Origin: an uncultured Enterovirga sp.
Lineage (GTDB): Bacteria; Pseudomonadota; Alphaproteobacteria; Rhizobiales; Beijerinckiaceae
Assembly (NCBI GenBank): GCA_964250725.1
Contig: CAXUHE010000002.1
Coordinates: 7,532 to 63,613, forward strand
DNA length: 56,082 bases
Direction: 5' to 3'
In this document: positions 10,750 to 22,700 of the stretch, one piece after another
Layout of the letters: each line of letters begins with the position of its first letter
How positions within the stretch are numbered: the first letter of the stretch is position 1
Position numbers and translations under genes: made by a program
The notes under the pieces: model-generated
Told to the model about the DNA's origin: nothing
Databases searched by the model: none
Seen by the model: only the letters and a program-made list of their open reading frames with translations

Positions 10750-11406
10750 CTACGCGGCGGACACGTCCTCTGCCTTGGCGACTTGCTCGGCCGCGAGCTT
10801 CGCGTCGATCGCGTTCACCTTGGCGAGCGCGGGACGCTCCCTGAAGCGTGCGAGATAGGCCATGATCTCGGGCCGCTCGGGCACGATCTTGAACATCGTG
10901 CTCCAGCTGAGCGCCATGCCCCACAGGACGTCGGCCGCGGTGAACCGCTCGCCCAAGAGCCACGGCCCGTCGCGGAGCTGGGCCACGACCGCGTCGAGTA
11001 CCGCGTCATAGGTGCCGTAGGGCGACATCGCGGTGGGGCCAGGCTCGCGCGACATAGCGCGATCGACGATCGCCGGCTCGAAGCTCGACCCGTAGAACAC
11101 GAGCCAGCGCAGGTACGGCCCACGTCGAGGATCATCGAGCGCGGGCGCGAGACCCGCCTCGGGGAACAGGTCGGCGAGATAGATCGTGATCGCGCCCTGC
11201 TCGGTCACGACCGCGTCGCCGTGCCGGATCGCCGGCACCTTGCCCAGCGGATTGAGCGCCAGGAAGGCGGGCTGTCTCTGCTCGCCGGCCTTCATGTCGA
11301 CGACGTGCAGATCGTACGCGGCGCCGAGTTCCTCCAGCAGCATGAGGATGCCGGACGAGCGCGTCCGGGGCGCGTGGAACAGCGTCAGGCGGCGATCCGG
11401 TGTCAT
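10750..11406 (-). CDS. Glutathione S-transferase family protein
   Basis: LFHAPRTRS, LNPLGKVPAI, TEQGAITIYLAD and GERFTAADV. Confidence 0.92.
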   Translation of the reverse strand: MTPDRRLTLFHAPRTRSSGILMLLEELGAAYDLHVVDMKAGEQRQPAFLALNPLGKVPAIRHGDAVVTEQGAITIYLADLFPEAGLAPALDDPRRGPYLRWLVFYGSSFEPAIVDRAMSREPGPTAMSPYGTYDAVLDAVVAQLRDGPWLLGERFTAADVLWGMALSWSTMFKIVPERPEIMAYLARFRERPALAKVNAIDAKLAAEQVAKAEDVSAA

Positions 11407-11526
11407 GGGCGTCTCCTCGCGATGGCGCGCTCCCTAGCATGAAGCCCCCGCAGAGGCGACGCGGAGGCCAGACCTCGCTATGACGCCCGTGAAATCCGCC
11501 GAGAGCGGGCTTGTGGGGAGATCGTG

Positions 11527-11991
11527 ATGTCGGGCGCCCGGATCGAGAGATCGCGTTTCCAGGAGATCGCGCCCGACGTCGTGTCGGCGCTCCGCAACCT
11601 GGGTCAGGCCGCGCTGAGCTCGGGGCTCGATGCCGGCCTCCTCGAACTCGTGAAGTTGCGGGCCTCGCAGATCAACGGCTGCGCGTTCTGCATCCAATAC
11701 CACTTGATCGAGGCGCGCCGGCTCGGTGTCGCGGGCCAGAAGCTCGATCTCGCGGTCGCCTGGGAAGAAGCGGACATCTTCACCGCTCGCGAGCGTGCGG
11801 CGCTCGCCTGGACGGAGGCGCTGACGGAGATCGCCGGGATCGGCATCTCGGACGACGATTTCGAGGAGGTCCGCGACTCCTTCTCGGAGGCGGAACTCGC
11901 ACATCTCACGGCCGCGATCGGGACGATCAACATGTGGAATCGGATCGCGGTCGCGTTTCGCTACGATCCGCCGGGCCCGACACCGGTGTAA
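11527..11991 (+). CDS. Carboxymuconolactone decarboxylase/AhpD-like protein
   Basis: LELVKLRASQINGCAFCIQYH (CxxC), FTARERAALAWTEALT and INMWNRI. Start is either GTG 11524 or ATG 11527. Confidence 0.9.
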   Translation: MSGARIERSRFQEIAPDVVSALRNLGQAALSSGLDAGLLELVKLRASQINGCAFCIQYHLIEARRLGVAGQKLDLAVAWEEADIFTARERAALAWTEALTEIAGIGISDDDFEEVRDSFSEAELAHLTAAIGTINMWNRIAVAFRYDPPGPTPV

Positions 11992-12111
11992 CGTGATGGG
12001 CGCATGGCTGCGGCACGCAGATCCACGTCGCCGTCCACCCTGCTAATGTCGGAGATGCAGATTGCGGGCTTGTGGCGGATCGCGCCCGCGATTATACGCG
12101 TGCGCAGGTCA

Positions 12112-12187
12112 GCTCCCATCGTCTAGTGGCCTAGGACGTCGCCCTCTCACGGCGAAAACAGGGGTTCGAGTCCCCTTGGGAGCGCCA
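12112..12187 (+). tRNA. tRNA-Glu, anticodon CTC
   Basis: 76 nt. Acceptor GCTCCCA/TGGGAGC plus G-CCA; anticodon arm TCGCC-CTCTCAC-GGCGA; T arm AGGGG-TTCGAGT-CCCCT. Confidence 0.96.
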
Positions 12188-12763
12188 ACAGCTCAACTCA
12201 CATTCTGCGTCTCATTTGCTTCTGCGCAATTCCCCTGATGGGATCGACGCGGTTGGGTAAGTCTGTTCCGGCTACGCCCTTCCTGCATGGCCATCGCATC
12301 ATGTGCGAGCCCCGCCTCTCGTGCCTACACGGGACGATCTCGTCGGCAATCCTGTAGCTCGGTCCGGACACGACCGTGCCGCACCCGCCGAGCAGACAAG
12401 TATGACAAGGTTGATGATCGACCCGCAGCAGTGAGCCGCTTGCGGTCATTCGGAGCAGGATCGACGGGCTATGCGTTGCGCCACTCTAGATCAAGTTTCG
12501 TTTGTTTTAAGGTATATTATAACATTGACTGATACTGGCGATATTATCTTATAGATATGTATTTATGTAACAATTCATTGTCCGTCTCTGTACCGATCTA
12601 GACGTACGAGTAGAATATTTAGTCTTTCAGTATTTTCGACCTGTGAGATTGTCGGTGTCGACTCTCATGATACTTGCATCTTGACAGAAACGCTCAATTC
12701 ATCATGTCGTTGAATGATGACGCGTTCCGTTTCAGCGTGCTTCCGCAGTGACGTCCTCGTCGA

Positions 12764-13549
12764 TTGCGCTTGTCCGTTGACGTGACGGACGTGTCGGTAC
12801 CGGTCGCCGCTCGTGTCGACCCCGCGATCGGCTCTATGGCCTGGCAGACGCTGTTCCAGGAAGCGGTCTCCGCGTCGCGCACCGCGAAGGCCTGCACGGC
12901 GGCCTTCGAGACCGTTCTGGCCCATTTCAACGTGGACTGCTTCGCGTGCGGAGAGGTGGATCTTATCGCGCGAGACCGGAGCGTCTTCTACGCGATCGGC
13001 TGGCCTGAGGCGTGGCGAAAATTCTACATGGAGACGCTCGTCATCGAGCGCGACCCGCTCGTCGATGCCCTCCACGTGCGCCGCGCCCCTTTTTCCTGGA
13101 GCGAGTTGCGCGAAGATCCGACGCTCGCCCTCGAGGGCCGTCGAATGTTTCAGATCGCCGCGAGCGCGGGATGGACCGAGGGCCTCGTGGTTCCGATCAG
13201 TCGCAGCCCAACGAGAGTCGGGCTCGTCAGCCTGGCGGCCCGGCGTCCGGCTTTCTCACCGGACGAGAAGGCACAGTTGAGTCTCGCATCGACCTTCTTT
13301 CATCATCACATCCGAACGCTGACGCAGATCGAGGATTTTCCTCAGCCACCGGTTGGCCTCACGGCGCGCGAGTTCACGTGCCTCACGATGGTGGCCGAAG
13401 GGCGGTCGGATCGCGACATCGCGGAACAGCTGGCGATCTCGGTCACGACGGCTCACGAGCATGTCGAGCGGGCAAAGCGCAAGCTACACGCGAAGACGAG
13501 GGCGTCGGCCGTCGCCATCGCGGTGACGCTCGGGATCGTCAAGCTCTAG
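12764..13549 (+). CDS. LuxR-family autoinducer-binding transcriptional regulator, no luxI in the window (start uncertain: TTG 12764, GTG 12782 or ATG 12836)
   Basis: WPEAWRKFY...RDP...PFSW...GWTEG autoinducer-binding domain; LTAREFTCL...EGRSDRDIAEQLAISVTTAHEH...KL HTH. Confidence 0.9.
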   Translation: MRLSVDVTDVSVPVAARVDPAIGSMAWQTLFQEAVSASRTAKACTAAFETVLAHFNVDCFACGEVDLIARDRSVFYAIGWPEAWRKFYMETLVIERDPLVDALHVRRAPFSWSELREDPTLALEGRRMFQIAASAGWTEGLVVPISRSPTRVGLVSLAARRPAFSPDEKAQLSLASTFFHHHIRTLTQIEDFPQPPVGLTAREFTCLTMVAEGRSDRDIAEQLAISVTTAHEHVERAKRKLHAKTRASAVAIAVTLGIVKL

Positions 13550-13783
13550 CGTGTGCCGCCCGTGGTCGGGCCATCTCCCCTCGGACCTGACGAAGATTCG
13601 GTCGCGCTCGCGCGATCCGATCCCGAACGTTCATTTAGCACGAACGGCTGAACCCGATCTGCCCCCCCTAAACGGAGGGACGACACACGCACCCAAGACA
13701 GGTTTAAGCACTGCTCGCAAGCAATGAAAAAGATGTAATGCTGCTGCGACCTATGAGATCCGGGCCGCTCGGGACCAGACAAG

Positions 13784-16700
13784 ATGACGTTCGAACATGG
13801 GTTCGGTGCAGGCAGGTTCGGACGGTCACGTTCGCGTCGTCGACCCTCCAGGACGTATGACGCCAAGCGTCCGCAAGTGTCCCTTCCGGGACGTCCTGAA
13901 TGGTTGAGCGAGGGAGGCTCCCTGCGGGGATCGCTCGTCGGCAGCGTGTCCCAGCGCGTCCTGTTCGAGACGCTGGAGCAGCGGCTGCTGCTCTCGGGAG
14001 ACCTCAATCCGATCAAGGGTTCGATCGACGTCCCGGGCGAGGTCGATCACTACGCGATCACGCTGACTGAACCGAAGCGGGTCTACTTCGATGCGCTGAA
14101 CGGCGGGGACGGCTCGACCACGAACGTCAACTGGTCTCTGTCGACCAGCACGGGCGAGACTGTCGTCAGCGACCGATCATTCGCGTCAGGCGACTACGTC
14201 TACTATAATGCGGCTCCCCCTACGGCTGAGCTCGCCTCGGGAGACTACACCCTCACGGTGCACGGCGTCGGCAACACCACGGGTGCCTATCAGTTCAGGC
14301 TTCTCGATCTCGCCGCCGCCCAGTCGGTGACGACCGGCTCCGACATCGTCGACAGTCTGGATCCGGGCAGCCGCGCCAACTCCTACAAGTTCGACGCGGC
14401 GGCCGGCGAGCACGTCTTCTTCGATCTGAAGACCGGGGACCGCTACGACGCCAGCGTGCGCCTGCTCGATCCGGATGGCGGCCTCGTCTTCGGCAGCAAC
14501 CTGTCCGACCACGACGTGCAGAACCTGTCGAAGAGCGGGACCTACACCCTGCTCGTCGAAGGCAACGTCAACTCGACGGATGTCGCCCCCTACACGTTCC
14601 GTGTGTCGAAGGTCGTCGACCCGGCTCCGGTCGCACTCGGGATCGGGGGCGCGGGCGCGCCGGAGAGCGTGGCTCAGAGTGGGGCGATCGGCGCACCCGG
14701 TGAGACCGAGCGCTACACCTTCACGACCACCGCCGCCAACCGTTACCTGTTCGACCCCCATGGGAGCGACGGCCGTATCCGATGGTCGATCCTCGACGCC
14801 AAGGGCCACGTTCTGGAGGATCGGCGGCAGTTCACCGACGACGACAACTCACTCTACGATCTCGCGCCTGGCACCTACACGATCGCCATCACGGCCGATG
14901 GAGACGTGACCGGGCCTTACGCGTTCCGTCTCTCGCAGGTGACGGCGGCGCCGGCGACCGCGCTGACCCTCGGCGGACAGCAGACCGGCACGCTCGACGC
15001 CGCCGACGAGTCCCACATCTACCGGCTGACTGCACAGGCCGGGGACGTATTGACCTTCAAGCGCGACGACCTCTCGAACGGCACCGCCACCTGGCGTCTC
15101 CTCGATCCGGACGGACGCGACGTCTTTCGCACCTATCTCTACGACCAGACCGTCACCATCAAGCAATCGGGCGACTACACGCTCCTGGTCGGTGGCTACC
15201 GATATGGCGCCGATCCGGCGACCTTCGCGTTCACGCTCACCGCCGGGACGCCCGTGGTTCCGCCGACCTACACGGGGAGCCTCGCCGCCTTCGACACGCC
15301 CTTCTCGGGAACGCTGGCCGCGCGCGGCGATACGGCGGACTACGTCTTCACGCTGGATCACGCCGCGCGCGTCTATGTCGACCCGATCCCGTCGGCTTAT
15401 ACGGGGCTCGGCTACCGGCTCGACGGACCTGACGGCACGGTCATCGACACCACCTCGATCTACTACGACGTCGGTCGCGCGGCCGATCTCGCACCGGGAA
15501 CGTACCGGCTTCGGGTTCAAGGATACTACGACGAGACCGGCGATTACCGGTTCGCTCTGCACGACGCGGCCTCGGCCCCAACTCTCCTGGTCGGGCAGGC
15601 CACGACCGGACAGCTCAATCCCGCGAACTCGACCGCCACGTTCACTTTCTCCGGCAAAGCCGGCGATCGGCTCAAGTTCGACGTTTCTCAAGACAACTAC
15701 TATGCCGGCTACCTGACGCTCCTCGACCCATGCGGGGGCAGCGTATTCAGCGTCAATTACAGTGATCGGACCGCGACGCTGCCGCTCGACGGGGTCTACA
15801 CACTGTATCTCGGCGGCTTCGCGACCAGCACCGGCGGCAGCTTCGATTACAGCTTCACGGCGAGCAAGGTCGTCGACACGTCGAGAACCGTCACCATCGG
15901 GCAGCGGATCGACGCTCCGGCCTCGCAGACGAGCCAAGTCGATCGCTATAGCCTCGATCTGTCCCATCAGACCGACGTCTATTTTGACACGTTGTCCGAG
16001 CAGGTCGGCTACTCGCACGTCCGGCAGATCTTCGATGCCGATGGTCGGCCCGTCACGGGGGAGGATTATCTCGGCAGCGACGTCGGGCAGACGCCCGTGT
16101 CTCTCGCGGCCGGTCATTATACGGTCGCGGTCACGAACCGGTCGGCGAGCGCGAGTGCCTACTCCTTCCGGCTTATCGACGCCCGCGCGGCCGAGACCTT
16201 CGCGCTCGATGTGCCCACGACGGTCCACCTCGATCCTGCGAACAGCACGAAGATCTACGCGTTCGCCGCCAAGGCTGGCGATCGCTTCTTCTTCGACGCC
16301 CAGTCACAAACACCCGACAACTCGGCCAACTGGAGGTTGATCGACCCGAGGGGTAACACGGTCTTCTACGAGAACGTCTCGACGGACGTCGACGACCGGA
16401 CCCTGACGGTGACCGGGCTGTACAGACTCCTCGTCGAGGGCTTCGGCTCCGGGACTGGCACAGCCGACTTCGCCTTGCAGGTGTCGCGCTCGGTGGACAC
16501 CGCCAAGCCTCTGACGCTCGACGCGCGCACGGACGGGGCCATCGCCAAGCCCGGCGCGCGGGACGTGTACAGCTTCACGCTCACCGACCCGACGAGCGTG
16601 ATGTTCGATAGTCTCGTCGGCAACGACTACAATCTCGTGTGGTCCCTCGTCGGGCCGAACGGGGCCGAGATCTCGGGCCGTTCCTTCTCGCAACAGGACT

Positions 16701-19700
16701 ACGAGGCCTATCCCGGGGGTGATTCAGGGAGCAGGCCGGTCTTGATGCTAGGTTCCGGGACCTACACCCTCACGATCGACGGGCGGGGCGACCACACGAC
16801 GCCCTACAGCTTCCGCTTGCTAAACATCGCCGGGGCCAAGCCGATCACGATCGGCTCCGTCGTGACCGATCAGGAGACTGACGAGGGGGCTTCGCGCGCG
16901 CGCATGGAGGTCGCAGGCGCTCCGGTGCCGGGCTATCCCGTCGCGTCCGACAACCGGGCCCTGCGCTTCGGCCAGACTTACGTGGACGTGCCGGATTCCG
17001 CGTCCCTGAAGCCGGCGACTGCGCTCAGCGTGGAGGCCTGGGTCTACCGCGACCCGTCGAACGGGGATTTCGGCACCGTCCTGATGAAGAGCTCGAATTC
17101 GTCCTGGCAAGACGGGTACGGGCTGGCCGAGCTGCGCGACAACAAGGTCGGCTTCTTCGTCAACAGCTGGGACGGCCACAACGTCACCGCCGACATCCCC
17201 GACAACCAGTGGGTCCACCTGGCCGGCACGTATGACGGCTCCACGCTGAAGATCTACGTCGACGGCGTCCTCAAGAACTCCGCCGATTACGTCGCCGCGG
17301 TCAACAACTCGAATGCCGACTTCCGCATCGGCTCCGGGGCGGGTGGCGGCTACCTGTGGCAGGGCGCGATCGACGATGTCCGCGTGTGGAACCGGGCTCT
17401 ATCGGCGCAGGAAGTTGCGGCCGACCGCAACCGTGGCCTGAGCGGTGCCGAGGCCGGGCTGGTGGCGCTGTATCACCTCGACGGCACGGGTGCGGCGGTG
17501 GCCGATGCGTCTCCCAGTCACAACGATGGCACCATCCTCCCCTACGCGCCCGCGATCGAGACCAAGCTCTACAGCTTCGTGGGCACGGCCGGGCAGAGTC
17601 TCTTCGTCGACATGCAGAGGAGCGATTTCGGTGGTCAGAAGCGGCTGATCGATCCGGACGGGCTGCTCATCTCACAGACTTACGTGTCCGACGATGTCGG
17701 CCCATTCAGGCTGCCCAAGACCGGCACCTACACCCTTGCGATCGACGGCTACAACAGCAACGGGCCGGGCGCGGGACTGACCTTCCGCCTCGTGTCGCCG
17801 ACCACCATCACGACGGCCATCACGCTCGACGCACCGGCTCAGGTCGGGCCCTTCTCCGTTCCCGGCCAGGTCGGCACGGCCATCGACCTGACGGGCAGCG
17901 AATATGCGGCGGTGCCCGCGGGCCCGGCCACCAATCTGACTGGCGACGTCACGCTCGACGTGTGGATCAAGCCCGGGAACTCGCAGGCCGAGTGGTCCCC
18001 GGTCGTGATCAAGAGCAACAATTCGGATGGCGGGCAGCGCTCCTACGCGCTGTGGTTCAACTCGGGTGGATTCGTCCAGTGGTCGACCGCCGACGCATCC
18101 GGCGAGGAATATCTGCGCTCGCCTGGCGGCTCGGTGCCGTTCGGACAATGGACTCACATCGCAGGCACCATCGACCGCACGACGGACAAGCTGCGCCTCT
18201 ATATCAACGGGGTCGAGACGGGATCGATCGACCTGCGCGACGCGCCCCCCGTCGACACATCGGCGAGCCCTCTCGAGATCGGGCGCACGCTCGGCGGGCC
18301 GGACGGATACTGGCGGCCCTTCGAGGGCTCGATCGACGACCTGCGCCTGTACTCGGTGGTGCGCAGCCCGGCCCAGATCCAGGACGACATGGCGGGCAGG
18401 AGCCCGATCGGCCAGCCGGGTCTGGCGCTCTACCTGCCGATGAACGACGCCACCTCGGCGACAACTCTCGGCGATCTGGGTCCACATCATGCCGACGCCA
18501 CGCTCACGAGCCGCGACAGGACGCTCACGGGCACGGTGACCGGGCGCCTCGACCAGCCGGGCGATACGCGCGAGTACACCTTCACGCTCGCGCAGAGCGG
18601 GCGCTACGTGTTCGACAGCCTGACCAACCGGGGCGACCTCCATTGGACGCTGACGCGGGCCGACGGTGACGTCGCGGCCAACCGACGGAGTTTCGACTCG
18701 CAGGACTGGTCCGACTATTCCGGCGACGGCGGCACGACGCCGATCCTCGATCTCGGCCCGGGCAGCTACACGCTGACGATCGGCGGGGACAGGGACGCGA
18801 CCGGTTACTTCGCGTTCCGGCTGTACGACCTGGCGTCGGCCGCGACCGTGCAACTCGGCGACCACGTCACGGGCCAGCTCCCGGCAGGCAACGGCAGCCT
18901 TGCCTACACGTTCACTGCGACCGCCGGGACGGTGGTCACGTTCGACGCGGGCGACCATTCCGGCGGCGATATCGTCTGGAGGCTCATCGATCGCACGCAG
19001 GGCCGGCCATTCCAGCAAGGCTTCGGCGACGTCGCCAACGTCAATCTCTACGCGGGTGGCACCTACACGCTGATCATCGACGGCGTATCAGCCAATCCGC
19101 TGCCTGTTGATTTCGACTTCACGATCACACCGCAACCACCCGTCGCGCCGGCGGGCTTCACCGGCACCGCCCTGGCCTTCGGCGAGACGATCGAGGGCTC
19201 GATCGACGGCGCCAACCAGCAAGACGACTTCGTCTTCTCGTTGAGCGATTTCACCCGGCTGCGGTTCGATAGCCTCACCAACGACGGCAACATCACCTGG
19301 TCGCTGGACGGTCCGCTCGGCACCGTGGTCGACCATCGTCCCCTCTCATACAACGACTGGGACGGCGCCTACTCGCCCCTGCTCGGCGGTTATGTCAGCC
19401 GGGCCGATCTCGTGCCCGGCCAGTACCGGTTGCGCGTCTCGGCCGACTCGCCTCAGGGCGCCTACCGGTTTCGCCTGCTCGACGTCGCGGCGTCGCCCGT
19501 GCTGACCTTCGGCACGACGATGTCGGACACGCTGGATCCCGGCAACGAGACCAAGCTCTACCAGTTCACGGCCGATGCCGGCACACGCGTCTTCTTCGAC
19601 GTCTCCTCGGCGAACCCCTACGACGGCAACTACCGCCTGTACGATTCGCGCTTCAACGAGGTCTTCGCGAATTACCTGACCGATCGGGACGTCGTCACGC

Positions 19701-22700
19701 TGCACGATGGCGGCACCTACACGATCGCCTTCGAGGGCGCGACGTCGGCGAGCCGCGTCAACCCGTACTCGTTGACCGTCTACAAGGTGGCCGACACCAC
19801 GACCGCGATCACGGCGGGCGAGCAGGTGGACGGGCAGGTGACCTCGCCCGGCCAGCGCAACCTCTATACCTTCGACGTCACCCAGCCGGCGCGCTACGTC
19901 TTCGACGGCCTCAGCAATCAGGGAAGCCTCAGCTGGTCGGTGACCGGGCCGGATGGTTCGGTCATCGATCCACGCAACATCACGGACGATGTCGGTGCGC
20001 CGGTCATCGACCTGAAACCCGGTCGCTACACGGTGGCCATCGACGGCTCGGGCGATTTCACCGGAAGCTACAGCTTCCGCCTGCTCGACCTCGCGGCCGC
20101 GACGCCGATCACGCTCGGCACGGCGATCTCCGACCAGCTCAGTCCCGCCGACCAGACGAAGCTGTACCGTTTCGACGCGCAGGTCGGCGACCGCGTCGCC
20201 TTCGACGCCGGTGCGGGGCAGTACGGCTTCAGCTGGCGGCTCATCAATCCGCTTGGCCAGCAGCTCTTCAATACGGGCTTCAGCGACGTCGACGCGCGCA
20301 CGATCACGGTGGCGGGCACCTATACGCTGGTTCTCGAAGGGTACAGCAACCGGGCCGACACGGCCCCGTTCACCTTCAACGCCGTCCCGACCGCTTCCGT
20401 CGCGCCCGTGCGGATCTCGAGCCTCGAGGCGCGTCCGACGCCCGACCTCGTGGTGGCGAACCTGACGGTCGCGGGCAGCCCGCTCATCGAATCGGGGGCG
20501 CTCATCACGGTGTCGTGGGACGATCGCAACCAGGGTGTTCGCCCGACGAACGGGTCGTTCACCGACCGCGTTGTCGTCCGCAACGCTGCAGGCGAGATCG
20601 TCTCGACCGCCACGCTCCCCTACGACGAGGCGGCGAGCGACAACGGACCCATTCCGCCGACCGGCTCGCGCGGCCGCTCGGTGCAGATCCGGCTGCCGAC
20701 CGGCTCGCGCGGCGCGGGCGCGCTGACCGTCTCGGTCTCGACCGACGTCTTCAACACGATCGCCGAGGAGAGCCTGGACAGCCAGGCCGAATCCAACAAC
20801 GGCGCGTCACTGACCGTCACGTCGACGCTCGCCACATATCCGGACCTCGTGGTGGACGAACTCCAGGTATCCCCTCCGAACGGGTGGACGCCGGGCTCGA
20901 CCGTCACGATCTCGTGGAGCCTCGCCAATCGGGGCGACAAGGCCGTCGAGACGCCGTTCGACGAGCAGATCGCGGTGCGCAACACCTCGACCGGGCAGAT
21001 CGTCAAGCTCGCCACCATCGCGTACGACACGTCCGCGACCGGCCTCGGGCCTCTGGCGGCCAGCGCGACGCGGCCGCGGCAATACCAGCTCACCTGGCCC
21101 TCGGACCTGTCGAGCGCCGGCTCCTTCGTGTTCGCGGTCACGACCGACGCGACCTCCAAGATCGCCGAGGGCAACGCGCAGGGCGACGCGGAGGCGAACA
21201 ACGGCGCGCAGGTCTCGATCGACTCGGCCCCGGACCTCGCCATCGAGAACCTGGCCGTGACTGGACCGCTCGAGTCGGGGCGCACGCTCACGATCGCTTG
21301 GCGAGACCGAAACGCCGGCCTCGCGTCGACGCCGGGCGGCTGGTCGGATTCGGTCACGGTCTACAACCGCACGACCGGCGAGACGGTGCTCTCGACCACC
21401 CTTCCCTACAATGCGGGCGACGCGGGGAACGGGGCCATCGCGGCAGGCGGATATCGCGACCGATCGCTCGCGTTCCGGGTCCCGGACGGCCTTCGCGGCA
21501 CGGGCGACCTCGTCGTCACCGTATCTGTCGACAGCTCGTCCAGCTTCGCCGAGATCACCGCCCACGGTTCGGCTTACGGCGCTCGCGACAACAACAGCGC
21601 CTCGACCACCGTGACGACGACGCTGCGCAACGCGGCCGACCTCGCGACCACGCTGACCTCCGTTCCCCCGACGGGCCGCGGCGGCGATCCGCTCACGGTG
21701 ACCTGGAGCGTACGCAACGTCGGCACGGCAGGAACCGACGTCGCCGGCTGGACCGACCGCGTGATCCTCTCGCGGGACGCCATCATCGGCAACGCGGACG
21801 ATATCGTGCTGGCGAGCGTCACGCATGCGGGCGCTCTCGCAGCCCGGGCCGGCTACACCGGCACGGCCGGTTTCACCCTGCCACTCAAGCTCGACGGTCC
21901 CTACTCGCTGTCCGTCGTGTCGGACGTCGGAGACCTCGTCAACGAACCGGATACGCGCGCCAACAATGCCGCGACGCCGGCCGCGATCCAGCTGACCAGC
22001 CCCGCGGCCGACCTCGCGGTCGAGGCGGTGGTCGCGCCCGAGAGCGCGCGCACCGACGACGTGATCTCGGTCGCGTGGCGTGTGCGCAATCGGGGCGACG
22101 CCACGACGGACGTGGCATCGTGGTCCGACCTCGTGGTCCTCTCCTCCGACACCACGATCGATGACAGCGACGTGGTCGTGGCCCGTATCGACCATGTCGG
22201 CGCGATCGCTGGACAGGACAGCTATACGGGCGGCGCTGAGTTCCGGGTGCCGAGTGAGCTTCTCGGGACGTACCACGTGCTGGTGCGCAGCGACGTCGAC
22301 GCGCGCGTCTACCAACGCGGCCAGACCGCCAACGACGTCGGGGTCTCGATCTCTCCTCTGACCATCGCACTCGCCCCGGCGGCCGATCTCACGGCGAGCG
22401 CCGTCTCGTCGATCGGCGACGGCGTTGCGGGCGAGTCCCGCACGGTCTCGTGGACGGTCGGCAATGTCGGCGATGCCACGGCGCGAGGCCCGTGGACCGA
22501 TCGCGTGTACCTGACCACGAACGGGACGCTGACGGGTGCAGTCCTGGTCGCCGCGGTCGACCGCGCGGGCGATCTCTCGGCGGGCGGCCGGTATACGGTG
22601 AGCGCCACCTTCGCGCTGCCCGACATCGCGGACGGTACCTACAAGGTGATCGTCGTCGCCGATGCCTACGCGGCGGTGGCCGAGCGAGGCCGCACGGCCA

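Noticed and set aside
12190-12490. Short ORFs, integrase remnant or sRNA after the tRNA
   Set aside because: No recognisable motifs or convincing structure were found.
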